From Cladosporium halotolerans (taxonomy: Eukaryota), in the NCBI RefSeq assembly GCF_011745625.1, contig NW_027191452.1, positions 868,001 through 932,000 of the forward strand: 64,000 nt of DNA, written 5' to 3'. Shown piece by piece: positions 57,791-64,000 of the stretch (the first letter of the stretch is position 1; every line of letters begins with the position of its first letter). The translations under genes were made by a program, and so were the position numbers. The notes under the pieces are model-generated. The model saw only the letters and a list, made by a program, of their open reading frames with translations. It did not search any database and was not told where the DNA came from.

Positions 57791-58009
57791 TCTCTGATTG
57801 GCTCGGCTAGACCTCACGCTAGTGGGATGTCAGTCTTGGCGGAGCAGTGAATGTTTGACGGAAAATGTGAGAGAGGCTGAATAAGTCAAAGGTCGAACTT
57901 CACGCGGTCGTGTATTGTTCGAAGCTCTGTAATCCTATTCTCTGATTGGCACGGCCTGCTCCGCCGCTAGTGGGATGTCAGTCTTGGCGGAGTAGTGAAT
58001 GTTTGACGG
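57791..58009. repeat. Two imperfect 71-bp direct repeats, period 148 bp
   Basis: 57791-57861 vs 57939-58009; the 45-bp core CGCTAGTGGGATGTCAGTCTTGGCGGAGYAGTGAATGTTTGACGG differs at one base. Confidence 0.9.
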
Positions 58010-58508
58010 CAATCCATGCGCGTTAACGCCGACTCGATATTGTGGGAGATGGATCTTCGCTGATTGATGGTTGGTCGACGTTCACGCGCATTGAAACTTA
58101 TGCTGGACGACTTAGCCTTTCACGGAAGGCGACTTAGCTCACATTGCGATCAAATAGATAACGTTAGGTCAAGTCGTGTGCCGCCCAAGAAGATTGATCG
58201 TTTTGGAAGAGATTGAGAGGAACCATTCCTGTCCGAGGCCTTTTGTAAAACGATTGTAGGCTATAAATTGAATCTACTTAATTATCACATAGAAAGGAAA
58301 TCTCTCGGAGCAGCAAATACGTCTTCGAAGTCTTATCGCTCTCCCAATCGCAGTCGTCTCCGACATCGCCGTTTGGCGAGGGTCAAAATCTGGGGTAAAA
58401 GACGTCAACTTTTTGAGAGTCAGACGCCCGTTTGGGACGCATATCGACTCACTTTTCTTTCTCGCAAGGGATCTTTCTGTCTTGCAAACATTCTGCGTTT
58501 CGTGTATC

Positions 58509-60021
58509 ATGTCTTTCCGCATGAGCAGCCAGCGCATTGGCGCCGCTCTGCGCTCGCAGAGATCCTCTCTCGCACAGACGGTCCGCCGGAGCTATGCCTC
58601 AACCACGGGTTCCAACCTGCCCAAAGGCATGCAAGAAGCTATTGAGGTATGGCGAGGTCTCCGTGAAAAGTGAATGGGGTGAGACTGACCGGTAACAGAA
58701 AGATGCATCCCTCCCTACGCCCGACCCGCACGGCGACTCTCAGACTACTCGCCTTGTGAACTCGCAACAGCCTTTCATGGTCCCGACCTACGTTCGCCCG
58801 CCTCCCATGTTCCAGAAGGGCGAGGGCTGCTACCTTTACGACATCGAAAACAGGCAATACCTCGACTTCACCGCCGGAATCGCAGTCAACTCATTGGGCC
58901 ACTGTGACGAGCAGATGAGCCGCATTCTGTTCGAACAGTCGCAAACACTCGTTCACGCCAGCAACCTGTACTATAACCCCTGGACCGGCGCACTGAGCCA
59001 GCTGCTCGTGGAGAAGACAAAAGAGGCGGGATGTATGAAGGACGCGAGCAGGGCTTTTATTTGCAACAGCGGTAGCGAGGCCAACGAGGCGGCGATGAAA
59101 TTCGCACGCAAGTACGGCCGCAGCGTGAAAGAGGACGGCTCGAAGCACGAGATCGTGAGCTTCCATGGGTCTTTCCACGGCCGCACAATGGGCTCTCTGA
59201 GCATGACTCCGAACCCGAAGTACCAGAAGCCTTTCTCGCCGATGGTGCCTGGATGCAAGTACGGCACCTACAATGACATTGACAGCATCAACGAGATGGT
59301 GACCGAGAACACTTGCGGTGTGATCATCGAGCCCATCCAGGGTGAGGGTGGTGTCAACGTCGCCACTCATGAGTTCCTCGTTGCGTTGCGCCACCGCTGC
59401 AACGAGGTCGGCGCCGTCTTGATCTACGACGAGATCCAGTGCGGTCTTGGCCGCACCGGCAAGCTGTGGGCTCACGGCGAGCTTCCTGCAGAGGCGCACC
59501 CCGACATCCTTACCACGGCCAAGGCTCTGGGTAACGGCTTCCCCATCGGCGCCACCATCGTCACCGAAGACGTCTCCAGCAAGATCGTGACCGGCGACCA
59601 CGGCACCACCTTCGGCGGCAACCCGCTCGGCTGCAGGCTCGCGCACCACATCGTCGGCCGCCTGTCCGACCACCAGCTCCAGCAGGACGTCCTGAAGAAG
59701 GAGGCCCGCTTCCGCGAGAACTTCGTCCGCATCCACCAGCGCTTCCCGGAGATCGTGCAAGAGGTCCGCGGCAAGGGCCTGATCCTCGGCATGCAGCTGT
59801 CCAAGGACCCCACGCCCATCATCACCGCGGCCCGCGAGCGCGGCCTCCTCGTCATCACGTGCGGCACCAACACTCTGCGCTTCGTGCCGCCCCTCACCAT
59901 CACGGAGGCGGAGATCGACTCCGGCTGCGCTATCCTTGAGGCGGCCATGGCTGAGGTTTTTGAGCAGCCCGGCCACGTCGAGGGCACCGACGGGCAGCAG
60001 GAGATGAGGGCTACGCGATAG
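58509..60021 (+). CDS. ARG8: Mitochondrial acetylornithine aminotransferase; exons 58509-58646, 58699-60021 (~486 aa)
   Basis: Presequence (..VRRSYAST); YLDFTAGIAVNSLGH, NSGSEANEAA, FHGRT, IEPIQGEGG, DEIQCGLGRTG, AKALGNGFPIG, HGTTFGGNPL. Confidence 0.95.
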
Positions 60022-61592
60022 AGGCCCGAGGCTTTGGCTCCTGTGTATATACTGTCGGGCATAGCGTGGCGTTGGGGGGAATCTGCAAATCTAATTCTGA
60101 CATATTCAAAAGTGATGTTAATGTACCAACTTTAATCATCTCATTGTCTCGCCAGCAAGCCTCTTTACAGCCAGATAGCACAAGCGTATGTGCCCCTCAC
60201 CTGCACGACAAGGTCAAACATCAAGACGGCACAATGCGGCGATATTCTACGATAGAGATCGTCAAGCAGGCTATGTCATCAGACGGTACGTGTGCCATCA
60301 GCTCCAGACATGGTGAATAATGATGCACTGTGAAGGTAGAAAATCACAGTCTTGTTAGTTAGTACGATGGAAGCAGATATTTGGAGGCTCGCCGGATCCA
60401 GCAGCGGCCGCTTCTGGCAAGCCCCGATCGCAGTCACGGCGCTAGAGACCCTCGAGTGGATCGAGAGGAGATCCGCAGGCGAACCTTTTTCTGTCAGAGC
60501 CAAGCCAGTTCATGTTCGAAATAGTGAGATGCAGAGGTCGATGCACCACGGCGGCATCGCGGTCTGTCAGACTCAGGGCAGCGTGTACGTACTCATTGAT
60601 CCCTTGGTACGTGTGGCTCGTCTGCCTTTTGACCCCTCAAGTTTGTGAGAGATCACGTGGCCCGCCGTGCGAGCGCCACGAAGCGTCGTGCATCGCCTGG
60701 CGCAAGCGGTGTATGAGGTAGTACATACAATACAATGCGGACGTATGCATACATACTGCATTGACGCGCGCGTGCACCGGACACATTATTGTTATCGCAC
60801 CAGCGTGAACACCGCCGCAGGAGACGGCGTCTGGCGACCGCACTGTCGGGAGAGATCCCCTGATTGTTACGTCGGGCGCGCCGTGCACACGTGGAGCGCG
60901 CGATTTAGGCGCGGCGGAGGATCGAAGCGAGGCAGGGGAGCGCTGGCGCTATCCGCCCTGGCCATCGTGGCTATGCTCCCAATGACGGCAAGCGCTCCGT
61001 AGGGCTGGCCATTGTTTGCACCTGTCAACACACCGTGCGCGAGCATTCTGGCGGTGTCGCTGGACGGAAACACACGAAAGTGCCGTGATCACATCATTAC
61101 ATACTTGCTGCAGCTTGTGCTCTTCCTGCGGCACCGGCAATGCACTCCTCCACTCGTGGCGTGCATAATCGCGCGCCCCGCCGCTGCTGACGCTGTGAGA
61201 CTCTTCCCTGCCCGGCGGAGCTTGCGAGCTTGCGAGCTTGCTGGCTGCTAGCGCCAGCCCTGCCTTGGACTGCGGAGCTGGGCCACGCTGCCAGATGCCA
61301 CAGCCCACAAGCCTCCCGCACCCATTCGTCAACCCGCCCGTCGCCTTGCCCTCCCTCTCCGCCTGCTGCCAACCTCTTCCTCACCCACTCTCTCTCTCCC
61401 ACCCACTCCCCCCTCTACCGCACACCGACGGCTCGTCTGTCCCGCTTTACATGCTGTGCTAGCCCATTGGTCGCCTGGCACTGCACCCCATCACACCTCA
61501 CGTCCTGCACGCGGCATTGAAGCCTGCTGGCCCTTGCCCTTGCGTTCCGAGCACCACTTGTCACCCTGTCCTACCGCGTCGCATCCGCCAGC

Positions 61593-64000
61593 ATGCTGGA
61601 GGGCACCGCCGGTCGCGACGCCGAGCTCAAGCAGCAGGGCGTCGTAGAAGCCGCCCGCGACCCGAACTCCAGCATCGACGCCGAGCAAGCCGAGCAGGCC
61701 CTGCTGAACCAGTCACGGGCTGCCGGCGCCGCTGCTTTCAGCTTCGACCCTGATGCTTCAGCCGAGGAGAAGGCGCGCCTGATCAAGGAGAGAAACGAGG
61801 CCGTCGGACGACCGCACCGCAAGCATGTCACAGCCGCGCTCGTCAGCGATCAGGACGACGGACAAACCGCCGGCTATGACCTCCCCGAGCCGAGCAAGCA
61901 GGGAGCCCTACCGCCTCCTGGAGCTGGAGACTCTGACGCAGTCGACGCGAAGCGGGCCAAAGAAGAGGAATACTCCAGGGTTGGCTGGGCTCCTCGATTT
62001 GGCAACCCCGCCGATCAAGATCAAGAAGGCACACTGCTAGACCACCAGGATTTCATTGAGGGGAAGCTGAGCGATAAGTTCTTCGGCGATTGGTACCACA
62101 ACACTGGAATCATCATATTTGCATGTCTGGCGTCCTGGACTGTCGCCGTGCTCGGTGGAGGCCTTGGCTGGGTCTTCCTGGTCATGGCCATCTGCGGCAC
62201 GTACTACCGTACCTCGATTCGCCGCGTGAGGCGCAACTTCAGAGACGACATCCAGCGCGAGATGGCAAAGACACGCCTGGAGACTGACCACGAATCTCTC
62301 GAGTGGATGAACAGCTTCCTCGCCAAGTTCTGGCCGATTTACGCCCCAGTGCTCTGCAACACGATTGTTTCCTCGGTCGACCAAGTGCTCAGCACTTCAA
62401 CCCCGCCATTCCTTGACAGCATGCGCATGAAGTTTTTCACCCTCGGAACTAAGCCTCCTCGCATGGAGCACGTCAAGACCTACCCCAAGGCCGAGGATGA
62501 CACCGTGCTGATGGACTGGAAGTTCAGCTTCACGCCCAACGACGTCGCCGATCTGACAGCGCGCCAGATCAAGAACAAGGTCAACCCGAAAGTCGTCTTG
62601 GAGATTCGTGTCGGCAAGGCTATGATCTCCAAGGGCCTGGACATCATCGTTGAGGATATGGCTTGCAGTGGCATCATGAGAGTCAAGATGAAGCTTCAGC
62701 TTCCCTTCCCGCACATTGACAGAGTTGAGATCTGCTTCCTGGAGCGACCCACCTTTGACTACGCTTGCAAGCCTATTGGAGGTGAGACCTTTGGATTTGA
62801 CATCAACTTCATGCCTGGTCTGGAGAGCTTCATCCAGGAGCAGATTCACGCCAACCTTGCTCCGATGATGTATGCCCCGAATGTCTTCCCCATTGAAGTC
62901 GCCAAGATGCTTTCGGGCAACCCGGTCGACCAAGCCATTGGTGTCCTGTCTCTCACTTTCCACGGCGCTCAGGGATTGAAGAACCCTGACAAGTTCTCCG
63001 GCACTCCTGATCCTTATGCTACCGTCAGTATCAACAACCGCGACGTCTTGGGCAAGACAAAAACCGTCACCGAGAACGCGAACCCCAGATGGAACGAAAC
63101 CGTGAACGTGATTCTCACCAGCCTGCGCGAGCCTTTGACTCTTCATGTGTACGACTTCAACGAATACCGCAAGGACAAGGAGCTCGGTGTCTGCACGTTC
63201 AACCTCGAGCAGCTTGAGACCGACCCTGAGCACGAGAACCAGCACCTTGAGGTTATTGCGGGGGGCCGGCCGCGTGGTATCGTCCAATGTGATATCCGCT
63301 TCTTCCCTGTGCTCGAAGGCCAGAAGTCCGCTGATGGTACCATCGAACCACCGCCCGAGTCCTCTACCGGTATCGCCAAATTTGAAGTCGAGCAAGGCAA
63401 GGATCTCGATGGAACTAAATCGCTCATCGGCCAGCTCAACCCGTATGCTGTCTTGCTGCTCAACGGCAGGGAGGTCCAGATCTCGAAGAAGCTCAAACGC
63501 ACCAACAACCCTATTTGGCCCGATGCCAGCAAGGAACTGCTCATCACTGACCGTAAGAAGGCTAAGCTGGGCTTGGTCATCAAGGACGACAGGGACCTTG
63601 CTGCCGACCCCGTGCTGGGAACTTACCAGATCAGGCTCGACGACATGATTGAGCTGATGAGCAAGGGCCAGGAGTGGTACAACCTGGCAGGCGCCAAGAG
63701 CGGTCGTGCGAAGATGAGGCTCCAGTGGAAGCCTGTCGCGCTGAAGGGCGCGCTGGGAGGCTCTGGCGGTTACATCACTCCAATCGGTGTCATGCGCATT
63801 CATGTCCACGGCGGCAAAGACCTGAAGAACCTCGACACCGTCGGCAAGTCTGATCCGTACGCTCGCGTCCTCCTGTCTGGTATCCAGAAGCGCAGGACTC
63901 CCACTTGGAAGAACAACCTCAACCCCGACTGGGACGAGATCTTCTACATTCCTGTCCACTCCACCAGGGAGAGACTGACTCTGGAGGTCATGGACGAGGA
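61593..64000 (+). CDS. Tricalbin (SMP + multiple C2 domains), 5' part, runs off the window end
   Basis: Absent from the ORF track because there is no stop. ATG 61593 opens MLEGTAGRDAELKQQG; hairpin TM WYHNTGIIIFACLASW..; SMP start ESLEWMNSFLAKFWPIY; C2 motifs (TPDPYA, NPRWNET, GKSDPYA, LNPDWDE). Confidence 0.92.
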   Translation, partial: MLEGTAGRDAELKQQGVVEAARDPNSSIDAEQAEQALLNQSRAAGAAAFSFDPDASAEEKARLIKERNEAVGRPHRKHVTAALVSDQDDGQTAGYDLPEPSKQGALPPPGAGDSDAVDAKRAKEEEYSRVGWAPRFGNPADQDQEGTLLDHQDFIEGKLSDKFFGDWYHNTGIIIFACLASWTVAVLGGGLGWVFLVMAICGTYYRTSIRRVRRNFRDDIQREMAKTRLETDHESLEWMNSFLAKFWPIYAPVLCNTIVSSVDQVLSTSTPPFLDSMRMKFFTLGTKPPRMEHVKTYPKAEDDTVLMDWKFSFTPNDVADLTARQIKNKVNPKVVLEIRVGKAMISKGLDIIVEDMACSGIMRVKMKLQLPFPHIDRVEICFLERPTFDYACKPIGGETFGFDINFMPGLESFIQEQIHANLAPMMYAPNVFPIEVAKMLSGNPVDQAIGVLSLTFHGAQGLKNPDKFSGTPDPYATVSINNRDVLGKTKTVTENANPRWNETVNVILTSLREPLTLHVYDFNEYRKDKELGVCTFNLEQLETDPEHENQHLEVIAGGRPRGIVQCDIRFFPVLEGQKSADGTIEPPPESSTGIAKFEVEQGKDLDGTKSLIGQLNPYAVLLLNGREVQISKKLKRTNNPIWPDASKELLITDRKKAKLGLVIKDDRDLAADPVLGTYQIRLDDMIELMSKGQEWYNLAGAKSGRAKMRLQWKPVALKGALGGSGGYITPIGVMRIHVHGGKDLKNLDTVGKSDPYARVLLSGIQKRRTPTWKNNLNPDWDEIFYIPVHSTRERLTLEVMDE

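Noticed and set aside
57791..58009. Direct repeats as CRISPR array or LTR pair
   Set aside because: Eukaryotic DNA, only two copies, no cas genes, no TG..CA ends or internal retroelement coding sequence.
60066..61592. Short ORFs and (GCTTGCGA)n-type microrepeats upstream of tricalbin
   Set aside because: No coding signature; consistent with promoter and 5' UTR sequence.
26374..64000. Sip3/Lam and tricalbin as a membrane-contact-site gene cluster
   Set aside because: They are over 30 kb apart with many unrelated genes between; likely coincidence.
1..64000. tRNA genes or transposons
   Set aside because: No GTTCGA T-loop in a cloverleaf context, no transposase/RT motifs and no AT-rich RIP-like block found by eye; a tRNAscan-SE and RepeatMasker run would be decisive.

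Overview
Gene-dense, intron-containing filamentous ascomycete DNA (GT-AG introns, mostly ~50-100 nt, with CTRAC branch sites and a dispersed 5S rRNA gene; Dothideomycete-like by general appearance, not certain). The first 17 kb hold a galactosaminogalactan (GAG)-type exopolysaccharide cluster: a uge3-like UDP-Glc/GlcNAc 4-epimerase, two tandem spherulin-4/GH135 (sph3-like) paralogs (one membrane-anchored, one with no signal or TM segment) and a ~2800-aa gtb3-like GT4 synthase. No agd3 deacetylase or ega3 GH114 gene is visible in the window. The rest is mostly housekeeping: PurU, a secreted GH3 beta-glucosidase, an m-AAA protease subunit, a Sip3/Lam lipid-transfer protein, an NDUFAF5-like methyltransferase, an F-box protein, glycogenin, a BTB-like protein, an MCT-type MFS transporter, 5S rRNA, ARG8 and the 5' part of a tricalbin. 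Also present are a spliced small Cys-rich secreted protein and several unassigned genes, one with internal tandem repeats. No transposon, tRNA or CRISPR was recognised. Exon structures were derived by hand from splice signals and reading frame.
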